Assembly: GCF_018350175.1 (NCBI RefSeq)
Contig: NC_058369.1
Location: forward strand, 2,792,001 to 2,856,000
Reading direction: 5' to 3'
DNA: 64,000 bases
Origin: Felis catus
Lineage: Eukaryota
Shown: positions 46,328 through 57,829 of the stretch, in pieces
How positions within the stretch are numbered: the first letter of the stretch is position 1
Layout of the letters: every line of letters begins with the position of its first letter
Notes under the pieces: model-generated
Database searches by the model: none
What the model was told of the DNA's origin: nothing
What the model saw: the letters and a program-made list of their open reading frames with translations, nothing else
Position numbers and translations under genes: made by a program

Positions 46328-47025
46328 CCCTGCCTTTGTGCAAAAGGGCATCGGATGGGCACTAGGGAGCCATTGAGGGCACCCTGGTGCGCGTGTCAGC
46401 GGGGAGCTCGGTTAGGTTTCTCCTGTGATTCATTAACACAAACACACAGCGATTAAAAAAAAAAAGGGTTTGATCTTGTTCTACCTACAATCGTTTGGGG
46501 CGCTGCCTCCCGGTGGCCAAACGTCGCTCCGGGAAAATGTGCTTTGTCCTCCAGCCCTGAGGTTTCCAGCAGGTGCTCAGAGAGGCTTTCTGCAAAAGCT
46601 TACTGCCTTAGGGACCTTTGGAGATGCTCGAGGGCCCACCTCTGGCCTGGGCTCTCCAGATTAGTGTTTTGGGGGAGAACAAGAAGTCAGCTTTGGGGGC
46701 CTCAGAGATTTTTGATTGTATCTTCTGCCTTGTTCATTTGGCAAACTCTTACTCACCCTTCAAAACCCCAGCGGCAATGCTCCCTCTTCCAGAAAGCATC
46801 TCCTGATCCCCCAGTTTCCTCTTTGCCTTTCTGTGCCCTTCCCATAGCCTGGGATTCCTCTCTGCCAGAGCTGACTGGATGAGGCTGGGGAGGGTGTCTG
46901 TGCCCGGATTTGCCCTTTCGACCTTGGCGTGAGTGGGGCACAGGAACAGAGGGGACTCAGTATATATTTATAATAATATAACATTTATATTATAAATATA
47001 ATACGTAAATAAGGTATTTATTTGG

Positions 47026-47244
47026 GGGGCACCTGGGTGGCTCAGTCAGTTAAGCGTCCGACTTCGGCCTAGGTCATGATCTAGTGGGTTGTGAGTTCGA
47101 GCCCCGCGTCGGGCTCTGTGCCGACAGCTCGGAGCCTGGAGCCTCCTTTGGATTCTGTGTCTCCCTCTCTCTCTGCCCCTCCCCCACTCATGCTCTGTCT
47201 CTGTCTCTCTCAAAAATAAATAACATTAAACAACTTTTTAAAAA
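47026..47244 (+). mobile_element. CAN-SINE (left member of a tail-to-tail pair)
   Basis: Full-length sense copy. Confidence 0.93.
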
Positions 47245-47247
47245 GAT

Positions 47248-47464
47248 GTTTATTTTTTTAGTTTAAAAAATATTTATTTGTTTTTGAGAGAGAGAGAGAG
47301 AGAGAGCACAAGCAGGGGAGGGGCGGGGGGGGGGGGAGAGAGAATCCCAAGCAGGCTTTGCACGGCCCGTGTAGAGTCCAAAACAGGTCTTGAACTCACA
47401 AACCGGGAGATCGCGACCCGAGCCAAGGAGGGACGCTCAACCGACTGGGCCACCCAGGGGCTCC
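47248..47464 (-). mobile_element. CAN-SINE (right member of a tail-to-tail pair)
   Basis: Antisense copy, more diverged. Confidence 0.88.
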
Positions 47465-47829
47465 TATAAATAAAATGTTTAAATATATATTCAAAGCAGC
47501 AAGGAACGTGTGGGTGTCTGCCCTGGTCCTGTCACCCCAAGATCTCACCTTCCGAGGCTGAGACCCACCCCGCACCCGGCCTTTGCTCCCCAGAGCCCGC
47601 CCTCCTCCGCGGGGAGCCCCGCCCCGGGTGGGGTGTGAAGACAGAGCTCTCTCTGCTGGCTTTGGGGCCAGGCCCTGGGGCGGCAGCCGTGGACCTTCAG
47701 AAAGCCCAAGTCTCTGACCCCTCTGGGCCTCAGTTTCCCCTCTATGAAATGGGGGGGGACTTCCTGGAGATGGGGTGCCCTGAGGAAGGCTAGCCCTGCG
47801 CCCTGGAGGTCTCTGGCACTCAACCTGCT

Positions 47830-48380
47830 TTTGGTGCGACCGATGTCCCAGCGGAACCTCGAAATGTGCCGGGGGCGCCCATTGCCCCGTCCCAGGCGCC
47901 GGTTCCGAGCGCGGCCGGACTTCCTGCCGGGTCTTCATTGCAGCCCCGCCCGGCCGGCGTCCTGCCCCGACGGCGGGCTCGTGCCCGGCTGGGTGGAAAA
48001 CCCGGTCTGGCATTCCCACCCCGGAGCCCGGAGCCCGGAGCCTGTGTTGCGGGGGCGGAGGCGTCCCCGGCGCGGTCCCGAAGGCGTGGCGGGGCGGGGG
48101 CGGGGCCGGCAGGGGACGGGGCGGGGGACGAGGGGCAGGTGCGACCCAGAGCGGCTGGAGGAGGCGAGGGCCGGGCGCTCTCGCCGCCGCCGCAGCCGTC
48201 CTTAGCCTCCTCCCTCACCCCGAGGTGGGGACCGATTGACCGTTTCCAGGCCCCCCCCCTCCCCCGCCCCGGGACAGGGGCGCTGGAGAGCCCAGGGGTG
48301 GACCATGGCGGTGAGATTCCAGGCGAGTAGGGCGCAGAGGACGGGAGGGGGAGGGGATCTAGCTGGGGTCCGCGACCTGG
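47830..48380. promoter_or_regulatory. TJP3: CpG island and internal TJP3 promoter
   Basis: Dense CpG and stacked GGGGCGGGG boxes at 48085-48130, upstream of the ATG at 48305. Confidence 0.75.
48305..48322 (+). CDS. TJP3: TJP3 alternative coding first exon (MAVRFQ) with GC donor
   Basis: accATGG Kozak; CAG|GCGAGT phase-0 donor joins GTG TTG GAC ATG of exon 2 in frame; matches the recalled N-terminus of a longer human isoform. Confidence 0.7.
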
Positions 48381-49809
48381 ATCTAGTCTGCGACCTGGGG
48401 CCTGGACCCCAGACCACCCCAGGTTACAGGTGGGGAAACTGAGGCCCAGAGGAAGGTGGTGGCTAGCCCGAGGCTGCTCAGAGAGGGGCGTTCGCCCTCT
48501 GGTCTCCGAAAGCTGTCTCGGGGGGGAGGGGGTCTTTCGGTGCTTCAAGGTCTGCCTCTCTGGGGTCAAATCCTGACTTTTCTGTGTAACTTCGGGCCGG
48601 TGAATCAAGGCCTCTCCATACCTCGCCCCTCAAATGGGCCATCTTCCTCGGGAAGAGGAAACCGTGTTTTTAGCGCCTGGCACGTCTTGGGTGCCCTATA
48701 AAGATGTTTACGCGGGGTGTTCGGGCCGAGTTAGTCTTGAGCAACAGTGGGACGGCAGCAATGACTTCATTTGTGGGCTGGGGTGGCTCCGGTGAATGCG
48801 GCGAGGCCGGAACCAGCATTCATTGGGCGCCTACTGTATACCGAGCCGTTAACTTGCATTACCGGGCAGAGACAGGGGTCTTGAGCCCCTTTTACACACG
48901 AGCAAACCTGCTGGGGGGAGGGGATCCCCTTGTCTCTATTTGGGGGGAAACCTCACCCTCCGGGGACCGAGCTCGGGCTGACCCCTTTCATAACCGCCGC
49001 ACGGGGCGGCAGATCGCGCCTGGAGGGGTAAAGTGAGGCCTTAGGGGGAACGTGGCTCGCCCCAGACCACACTTCCGGGCAATTCTGGTTCCCGCCAACT
49101 TCCGTCCTGGCTGCGGGGGGAGGGGGGGGGGCTTCCAGAGTCCCCTCCCCACTTCCCATATTTGTGGCCCTCCTACCCCCTCTCCCCGCGCCCTGGTTCC
49201 CGGAGGCGGAGATGGGGAGGGGGCGGGGAGCCAAGTGCCCCGGGTTGTGTGACAGGGTACCACCTGACCCGCCCGTTTGGGTGACTCCTCCTCTCCTCCT
49301 CCCTGGGGGAGGGGGTGGGGATAAAGGCCCAGGCCCCGCCCCCTCAGAGCTCACCTGGGTGGGTGAAGGGCTGACCGAGGGGTCTAGGAATTCTGGACAC
49401 ACCCGGTTGAGTTCCTGGCTGAATAGGCCTTTTATCTCACCATTCACCCCCATTCCTCGAACTCCGTCTCCCTTCTGGTTCTGTGGGGACTATACTGGGG
49501 TCCCAGGGTCCCCAACCTTGCCCAGCCGCAGGCCCCAGACTAGAGGGGTGTATGGGAGGCAATGGACTGGGACACCCCCGATTCCAATGATTAGGGATGT
49601 AAGGCGTGTGAATGGGGCCGCTGAGGACTCGCTTCCTGGAGGAAGAGACAGCGTCCCCTCCCGGGGGCTCTGAAGGATGAGCAGGGGTTCACCAGGGCCC
49701 AGGAGATGCCAAGGGCCATCACCAGGGTGCCCGAGAGACGGCTCCAGCCCGCCTTCACGGCCCAAGAGGAAAGATCAGGAACTTGCAAGCTGATGGTTAA
49801 ACTGGCTAA

Positions 49810-50002
49810 TTTTTTTAAGAAATGTTTATTTTTGAGAGAGAGGGAGAGCGAGTGGGGGAGGGGCAAAGAGGGAGGGGAACCGGGCTCCCCAAGTGGGCTT
49901 TGCGCTGGCAGCACAGAGCCCGACGCGGGGCTCGAACTCACAGACTGTGAGATCATGACCTGAGCGGAGGTCAGACGCTTCACCGAGCCGCCCAGGTGCC
50001 CC
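49810..50002 (-). mobile_element. CAN-SINE with TSD
   Basis: taaac(t/a)gg(c/a)taattt on both flanks. Confidence 0.9.
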
Positions 50003-50669
50003 TAAACAGGATAATTTAAGATGGTTTGGGGTGCCGTGATCCAAGCCTAAGAAAGAAAACGGGGAAGCATGACAGGGAGCCCAGGAAGTCTGGCTCGCCC
50101 AGGAAGGCTGCCTGAGGAGGCAGGGGACCCAAGTGGCGAGGGCTAGCGGCCTGCGGGTTCTTGAGGGGTGTCTCTCGGCCCAGGGGACTGCCAGGGCAAA
50201 GACGTGCAGGTGAACGGAGCTGAGGGCCACTGGGGGACGGGTGAGGCTTGGCCCCGTGGGTTTTAGACAAGGTCTGGAACATCCAAGGAGGTGAACCTGC
50301 ACGGGGCGGGAGGGGGGCGGGTGGCAGGGCAAGCCTGGGCCACCTGCACCTGTCCCCCAGGGGCCCTGGTTCCCTGGGGCTGTGTCTTAAAATAAGGCTG
50401 GGAAATCAAAGTTCCGGAGGGCATTTAATGATACAAAGTGTAACCTCAAAGCAAGTACAAAGATTCTGCTTTGAAACCTAAGTCCGGAAGAAAAAAACAA
50501 GCGACAGGGCGGAGGGGTGCCGTGGTTAGGGGCAAGGGGGCCAGACCGGCCCCCTGTTCACCGGGTGACCTCAGGCAAGTTACTGCGCCTCTCTGGGCCT
50601 TCCTTTGCTCTCCCTTAAGGTGGGAATAACGGCGGTGACACATTGAGGTCGCTCAGGGTTAAACGATGC

Positions 50670-51010
50670 GCGTCTCATCGGCAGCCAGCGGAGCGCGGTG
50701 TCTCTTACTAACGCGCAAAGGAGGAAAGTCGAGGCTCTTTCTGCTCTTCCCGCCTGGCTCCTCGCCCCGCGCCGCCGCCGCCGCCTCGGCCCTGAAGGCC
50801 AGGGCGCCGGGGGCGGGGGTAGCCCATTTGGCAGGCGGGGAAACTGAGGCAGCCGGCAGAGGGCTTTGAGTCGGGGTGGTGAGCGCTGCCCTCAGCTCCC
50901 GGGTAACCACGGGGCGGGGAGTGCCCGGGAGGCCCCGCCCTCGGCGGTGTTTGTCTCTCGCCCCCTCCCCCCACCCCCTGGGAGCCAGGAATGCCGCTCT
51001 CCCGGGATCC
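50670..51010. promoter_or_regulatory. Small CpG-rich island in TJP3 intron 1
   Basis: (GCC)n run, GC boxes, many CpGs. Confidence 0.5.
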
Positions 51011-51433
51011 GTTAAGAAAAGGCACCGGAGCAGCCAGCGAGGGGTTCTTAGGGGGAGGAATCACTACCTGCTGTGCCCCCGGGGGGGGGGGGGGGGGGGC
51101 GGGTCTACCAGGCCGAGGTGGGGGGGGGCCTGGGAGGGGGAGGGGGCGGGGGGGGGAGGGTGGGCTTCACCTCCCGCCTTCTCTGGCCCGGTGTCCTGGA
51201 GGGTGGCCTTGTACTCCCAGAAGCCAAGTCCCCATCTGTATCACGGGCGTGCAAATAACCGAATCCACGTTCCCAGCCACAGCCTCTATCGGGGCTGTTG
51301 TCCCGGCAAGTGACTTCGCCTCTCTGTGCCTCAGTTGCCTCATCTGTGACATGGGGATGATGGGATCTCCCTTCAGTGAGTGGATTAAATGAGATAGTAC
51401 CTGTAAAGTACCCCCCGCACAAGGAAAGCACCC

Positions 51434-51530
51434 CCTTCCTTCCTTCCTTCCTTCCCTCCTCCCTTCCTTCCTTCCTTCCTTCCTTCCTTCCTTCCTTCCT
51501 TCCTTCCTCTTTCCCTCCTTTCTTCCTTCA
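51434..51530. repeat. (CCTT)n tetranucleotide microsatellite
   Basis: About 20 ccttcctt units with a few interruptions. Confidence 0.97.
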
Positions 51531-52099
51531 GTAAATTGCTCCTGAATCCCTGCTATGAACCGGGACTCCACTGTGGACGAGACAAACAAAACTCTCTGCC
51601 CTCCAGATCGGATGTTCTAGAGAGGGGAGACGGACAGACCAAAACAGCCAAGAGAACGTCAAGGGGTCACAAGTTCTCCGAATTAGGAACACGTATTGGG
51701 GAAGGGTGGATAGGGCGGTCTGCCGTGGAGCCGGAAGAGCTTACTGTTCCGAACCGGGTGGTTGGAAAGCCTCACCTCACCGGCAAGGTAGCACAGGAGC
51801 TGAGAGGAGAAGGAGGTGAGGGAAGGAGTCAGGTGGAGGTCTGGGGGAAAAGAGTTTCAGGCAGAAGGAACAGCATGTGCCAAGGCCCCAGGGGTCGGAG
51901 GAACAGTGAGGAGGCCCCAGGTGGCTGGAGCAGAGTGGGCTCCCTCTGCCTTGCAGGCCTGGCTTGATTCCCCCCCAAACATGGATTCCCCCCTCCCCCC
52001 CCACTCGATCCCCCCTCCCCCAGGCATGGATCCCCCCCCCCAGGCACTTGTATTTTCTCTCCACTCACCGGTTTGCTTCACTGCCTCTCACCAGTTTGC

Positions 52100-52255
52100 T
52101 GAGGGTCTCAGCTTTGGCATCTGGACATTTGGGCCTGGATCATTCCCTGTGTGTGTGGGGGGGGGGGCTGAGCAGCATTGTGATGACCGCCAGTGTCTCC
52201 AGATGTTGCCACATGTACTCTGGGGGGCAGCGTGGTCCCTAACTGAGAACCCCTG
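52100..52255 (-). mobile_element. MER20-like remnant
   Basis: gacatttgggcctggat..tgtctccagatgttgcca..tgagaacccctg. Confidence 0.6.
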
Positions 52256-52440
52256 ACCTAAATCACCTTGCAGACAGAAAAGCTGAGGTCTCCAGAGAGG
52301 TAGCAACCTGCCCACAGGCCTGGGACCCGGGGAGTGTCACAGCCGGGCTCCCCACCCAGGGCGGGGGACCCCTGCATGCTCCAGTGGGCCTGCGGTGGCC
52401 TCAAGCCCACCTCCCGTTCCTCTGCTGTCAGGTGTTGGAC

Positions 52441-52488
52441 ATGGAGGAGATGACCATCTGGGAACAGCACACGGCCACGCTCTGCAAG
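52441..52488 (+). CDS. TJP3: TJP3 exon 2 coding part (MEEMTIWEQHTATLCK); exon starts at 52432
   Basis: tgtcag|GTGTTGGACATG acceptor, AAG|gtgagg donor. Confidence 0.95.
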
Positions 52489-52595
52489 GTGAGGCCTCCC
52501 TCTCCCCGCGTGGGTGCCTACAGGGGTGCCACCTTGATCCCGGGCTGCTCCACGGGAGGAAGCAAAAACTCATCCTAAGTCTCCTCCCCTCTCAG

Positions 52596-52705
52596 GATCC
52601 CCGGAGAGGCTTTGGCATTGCCATCTCTGGTGGCCGAGACCGGCCCAGTGGATCCGTGGTCGTGTCGGATGTGGTGCCGGGGGGGCCAGCTGAGGGCCAA
52701 CTGCA
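52596..52705 (+). CDS. TJP3: TJP3 exon 3 (PDZ1: DPRRGFGIAISGGRDRP...)
   Basis: ctcag|GAT, CA|gtgagt, 110 nt. Confidence 0.96.
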
Positions 52706-53126
52706 GTGAGTATCAAGGCAGCAGGGGTGCGGGCAGGGGTGGGGCCTGCCGAGAGCAGGGAGCTGTGTGGGACAAAGCCAGGAGCGGGGAAAGTGCCTGG
52801 TGCCTTTCAGCTCTGTCAACACAGGGCTCGGAGCTGCCAGCAGCACAGGGTTGGCGTTGGGAGAGTCACCCTCCCCAAGCCACTTCCTGGTCCTTCGCTG
52901 TAGGTCTCCGGGGTCATAATGGCCTTCCTGGGATGAAAGGTCCTGGAAGCCTTTTGTGGCCGCAGGGAAGGAGACGCTGTGTTCTGAGCCCTTGGGAGCG
53001 GCAGGCTCCTGGGCGTTCTGTTGGGAAAACGGTTCTGGGACCTGAGTGGCTGACGGGTGATATGGTTCAGTCCAGAATCGAGACACAGCTTCAGAGAGAG
53101 AGAGAGACGTTATGAAACACAGGGAA

Positions 53127-53335
53127 GGGGCGCCTGGGTGGCTCAGTCAATTAAGCGTCCGACTTCGGCTCAGGTCATGATCTCGTGGTTTGTGAGTTCA
53201 AGCCCCGTGTCTGGCTCTGGGCTGACAGCTCAGAGCCTGGAGCCTGTTTCAGATTCTGTGTCTCTCCATCTCTCGGCCCCTCCCCTGCTCATGCTCTGTG
53301 TCTCTCAATAATAAATAAACGTTTAAAAAAAAAAA
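53127..53335 (+). mobile_element. CAN-SINE with TSD
   Basis: TSD aaacacagggaa. Confidence 0.95.
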
Positions 53336-53439
53336 CACAGGGAAAGAGGGGAAGAAAAGCAGAAACAGGGGGCATGACAGAAGGATTGAGGGGCACGGAG
53401 ACACTTATAATCACAGCTTGCGTTCTGTGGTTGCATTCA

Positions 53440-53649
53440 TTTTTTTTTTTATAACGTTTATTTGTTTTTGAGACGAAGAGAGAGCGCAAGCAGGAGATGG
53501 CCAGAAAGAGGGAGACAGAGGATCCAAAGCAGGCTCCGTGCAGTAAGTTTGAGCCCAATGCGGGCCTCAAAGTCACGGACCCGTGAGATCATGACCTGAG
53601 CCGAGATCAAGAGCCAGACGCTTAACTGGCTAAGCCACCCAGGGGCCCC
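53440..53649 (-). mobile_element. CAN-SINE with TSD
   Basis: TSD ggttgcatt. Confidence 0.88.
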
Positions 53650-53905
53650 GGTTGCATTGTTATTATAGTTGGATTTGTTGTTGGCCCCATTTCACAGGTG
53701 AGGAAACTGAGGGATAAATGCCAGAAAGATAAATGTCTTTGTGAGCCTGGGGACACCAGCGAATTAGAACCAGGCCTTGTAGGCTCGGAGGTGCCTGCCC
53801 CAAAGTCGGGCCCTGGGGGACATGGCAGGGGCTGCAGGGAAGGCCTGAGGAGAGGGCTCCTGTGTGAGGACTCGTCCCTGAGACCCAGCCTCCCTCTTCT
53901 CTCAG

Positions 53906-54008
53906 GACAGGGGACCACATCGTCATGGTGAATGGGGTCTCCATGGAGAGCGTCACCTCCACCTTCGCCATTCAGATACTCAAAACCTGCACCAAGTTGG
54001 CCAACATT
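53906..54008 (+). CDS. TJP3: TJP3 exon 4 (TGDHIVMVNGVSMES...TKLANI)
   Basis: ctcag|G, ATT|gtgagt, 103 nt. Confidence 0.96.
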
Positions 54009-54249
54009 GTGAGTGGGGGCCGGGTGGGCGGGGCAGCCCCCCCACCCCCCGTGGGCACCTCTGCCCTCCCCCCGCCCCCACTTTGAGCCCCACCTGCAGC
54101 CCGCGGGTGTCATGAGTGGAAGCTTCTACAAGCAGGTGGAATCCGGTCCCCATTTCACAGCTTGGACGTTGAGGCCCAGAGAGGGGCTCCCCCAAGTCGG
54201 GGGTCGGGGCGGAGCCTCGAGCCGGCCCCTCCCCTTTCTCCCCTCACAG

Positions 54250-54571
54250 ACCGTGAAGCGTCCCCGGAAAATCCAGCTGCCTGCCAAGGCCAGCCCCTCT
54301 GGGGGACATCGGGTCTCGGATGGGGAGGCTGACCACGGCCAGGGCTACGACGGGGACACATCCAGCGGGTCTGGCCGCTCCTGGGGCGAGCGCTCCCGCC
54401 GGCAGAGGACGGGCCGCCGGAGCCGGGCCGGCAGCCACGGGCGCAGGAGCCCAGGCGGCAGGTCTGAGGCCAACGGGCTGGCCCTGGTGTCGGGCTTTAA
54501 GCGGCTGCCGCGGCAGGACGTGCAGATGAGGCCCGTGAAGTCCGTGTTGGTGCGGAGGAGGGACAGCGAAG
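54250..54571 (+). CDS. TJP3: TJP3 exon 5 (basic Arg/Ser-rich region and PDZ2 start)
   Basis: cacag|ACC, G|gtgagg, 322 nt. Confidence 0.95.
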
Positions 54572-55170
54572 GTGAGGTCGGCCGTGTCGTCGGCAGCGGG
54601 GCTCCCCGTTCCCGCCAAGGGGCGCCGTGGCCGCGCTGACCCCCTGTCCCGTGTGTCCAGAGGCGTCCCCGTCCTGGCCGCTGGGACCTGGGACGTGTGG
54701 CCTCATGTGGCAGAGGGGGGCAGGCCCAGGCCCCTGAGGTGGGGGTGACCCTGGGTGTCCCGGGGGGCCCGGCGGCCTCGCGAGGTCCTCACAGAAGGGG
54801 GCAGAGAGATGGGCAGACCCCGACCCGAGCTGCTGGCCGTGAGGATGAGGAGGGGCCGCGGGCCCAGGATGCGGGGCTTCTGGAAGCCGGGAAAGGGGCG
54901 AGCCAGGCCCTGGGGGAACCGGCCCTGCCCACGCCTGGGTGTTGGGACTTCTGAGCCCAGAACCATGAGATTGCAAACTGGTATTGTTTTCCGGCCCGGG
55001 GAAACTCACACACTGTGGCATCCGTAGAAGCGTCACGATACTAGAATTCCCTCCGTAAGGCCAACGTGTGGCCTCTGACCCCATCTCAGTTCAGTAGCAG
55101 CACCCTGGCCTTAGAATTCTAAACATGATGTGACAAATGGCACTGGGACATCGGCCCCCTGCCTTGTAAT

Positions 55171-55424
55171 TAAAAAAAATTTTTTTTAATGTGTATTTTT
55201 GAGAGAGAGAGAGAGAGAGAAAATGATGGAGCGTGAGTGGGGGAGGGGCGAGAGTGGGGGAGGGGCGGAGAGAGGGGGACACAGAATCTGAAGCAGCTCC
55301 AGGCTCCGAGCTGTCAGCCCAGAGCCCGACGCGGGGCTCGAACCCACGGACCGCGAGATCATGACCTGAGCCGAAGTCGGCCGCTCAACCGACGGAGCCT
55401 CCCCCCCCCCCCCCCGGGCGCCCC
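55171..55424 (-). mobile_element. CAN-SINE with TSD and an expanded C15 run in its head
   Basis: TSD ctgccttgtaa. Confidence 0.92.
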
Positions 55425-55597
55425 AGCTGCCTTGTAACTGTGATAACAAGAGTCACATCCTGAAAACTCTCACCGGGATGTCATTGAGGGTGTCCGGGAG
55501 CTGGGACCTGGGCTGCGTTCCTTCCCACGCCCCTGCCGTGGACCTTCTGCAACCCAGACCCCAGGCCCTGCCTCAGTGTCCCTCCTCCCCCCCACAG

Positions 55598-55701
55598 AGT
55601 TCGGGGTCACCCTGGGCAGTCAGATCTTCATCAAGCACATCACTGAGTCGGGCCTGGCGGCCAGGAACCGCGGGCTGCGGGAAGGCGACCTCATCCTCCA
55701 G
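55598..55701 (+). CDS. TJP3: TJP3 exon 6 (FGVTLGSQIFIKHITESGLAARNRGLREGDLILQ)
   Basis: cacag|AG, CAG|gtaagc, 104 nt. Confidence 0.96.
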
Positions 55702-56520
55702 GTAAGCCCAGGCTTCCTGTCGGGGGCAGGACAGGGAGACTGAGTGGCAGGTGGGGGGGGGGGGAGGGCAGGTGGGCAGAGCCAGAACCATTTGTACTTA
55801 GCTGCCTCCTTCCCAAGGGTTAGAGAGGGCCCCCCCGCCCCCACCTGCCAAATGTCAGTTTCTAGTATCCCCAGAATCCCGCGGCGGGGCCAGTGGCCAG
55901 GTTTACAGGACCAGCTCTGCCTGAAAGCTGGTTTCTTTCTAGACTCCTCTCCTGAAAATCTGTTTCTAGTGATTCCTGGTGTGGGATTTCCAACCCCTTT
56001 CCAGGCGGTAGCTTCTCGAGGGTCCTCAGAGTTTTCTGTTTGTAGCGATCCCCAGGAATTGTCTGTTTCTAGGGGTTTGGGGCAGACACTAGAAACGGGT
56101 AACTCAGTGGGGGGGGGGGTGAGAAACTCACCATCCCCAGAGTAAATGCAAACACACTCCCCGCGGAAAATGTCAGAAAGGGATTCCTGGAGTGCGGGCA
56201 GAGGGGCATTCAGTCCTCCTCCAATTGTATGTTCCTAACCCACCTCTAAATGACTGCTTTTAGTATCTTTGGGCATCTCCATATCTCTCCCTGGTTAGAC
56301 CGGTTTCTGTTTTTCTTTTTTACGTAGGCCCCACGCCCCACGTGGGGCTCAAACTCACGCTCTATGGACTGACTAGGCCCCCCTAGTTAGACGTGTTCCT
56401 AATGTTTGTTTCTAGCGTCTCCTGAGAAATTCCCCTTCTAGGGAGATGGGGAGTCAGGCTGCTTTTAATTTTCCCCCAAAGCTCCCCCTGCCCCTCAGAA
56501 AATTGGCTGCTTCTGGAATT

Positions 56521-56724
56521 CTTTTTTTGAGAGAGAGAGAGAGAGAGCGAGCGCACTCGTGCATCCGTGCATGCAAACAGGGGAGGGGCAGAGAGAGAAT
56601 CCCAGGCAGACTCCGTGCCGTCAGCAGAGAGCCTGATGCGGAGCTCGGTCCCACGACCCTGGGATCATGACAGGAGCTGAAATCAAGAGTTGGACACCTA
56701 ACGGACTGAGGCACCCAGGCGCCC
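56521..56724 (-). mobile_element. CAN-SINE
   Basis: T tail, (GA)n, head cccaggcgccc; ttctgga on both flanks. Confidence 0.88.
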
Positions 56725-56917
56725 GAGTTCTGGAGTTTTTATGGGAGTCACTTCTGGGCATGGTCTCCTCACAGCAGGGATCCCGTACGATCGTTTTCTC
56801 TTGAGAACGTCTGTTTTTAGCAATTGTGTGTTTCTAGTGCCCCCACCAAGCTGTCTGTTTCTAGCATCCCCTATCTAGTGTTAACTCCCATCCCGTCTTC
56901 CTTCCCGGGCCTTTTAG

Positions 56918-57077
56918 ATCAATGGCGTGTCCAGCGAGAATCTGTCTCTGAGTGACACACGGCGACTGATCGAGAAGTCAGAAGGGAAGCTGACTCTGCT
57001 GGTGCTCAGGGACAGAGGGCAGTTCCTGGTGAACATCCCACCGGCCGTCAGTGACAGCGACAGCTCTCTCCTGGACG
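56918..57077 (+). CDS. TJP3: TJP3 exon 7 ([25 protein letters not shown]...)
   Basis: ttttag|ATC, G|gtgagg, 160 nt. Confidence 0.96.
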
Positions 57078-57335
57078 GTGAGGGGCCAGAGGGCAGGCCC
57101 TGTGGGTTCAGCGGAGGGCAGGGGAGGCCGAGGAGGCCAGGCGGGGCCTAGCAGGGCACGTGAGCCTGGCCCTGTGAGGCTCAGAGAGGGACAGACACTT
57201 GTCCAAGGCCACACAGGAAGTGAGGGCTTACTGGCTGAGCCAGACTCTGGTCTAGGCCCCTTGGCTTAGAGGGGCCTTGACGTCCCCCTCTGCGGTGCGG
57301 GCTGCAGGCCTGATGGGACGTCCTCTCCGCTGCAG

Positions 57336-57444
57336 ACATCTCCGACCTCGGCTCAGAAACGTCCCAGGCGCCACCCTCCCACGTCCCACCGCCACCCCAG
57401 CATGTGCGGCGGAGCTCTGACGCCAGCTGGACCGACTCCCCCGA
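57336..57444 (+). CDS. TJP3: TJP3 exon 8 (Pro-rich linker)
   Basis: tgcag|AC, GA|gtacgt, 109 nt, frame-consistent. Confidence 0.9.
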
Positions 57445-57829
57445 GTACGTACCCCTGTCGGCCAGAATGGCTGAGTGGGAATGGAACGTGGGCGTATCTT
57501 TTCCGACTGGAGGGTGCGGTCCTGGTGGCCTGCCTGGAAGAGGCTTCCCCCGTCCACACATAGTCCTCCTGGCCCCCAGTACGTGGCTCTGGGTTCTTGG
57601 GACCGGGAGAGCCTGGTAGGGATCGACTTAAAGCAGTAGGAGCGGAATTTTCCAAGACCTCCCCCCCCCCATTTTCGACTTCCATCCAATTTCGAACCCA
57701 TTTTCGACTTCAGTCCTCCTTTAGGAATTTTCTCTTGGGGGCAAGGTAGCCATGGGTGTGTGCAGGGACTGGAGGGTGCTTGCTCGTTATGATGATGTTT
57801 ACAGACGGGAACAAGTGGCAGTGACCTTG

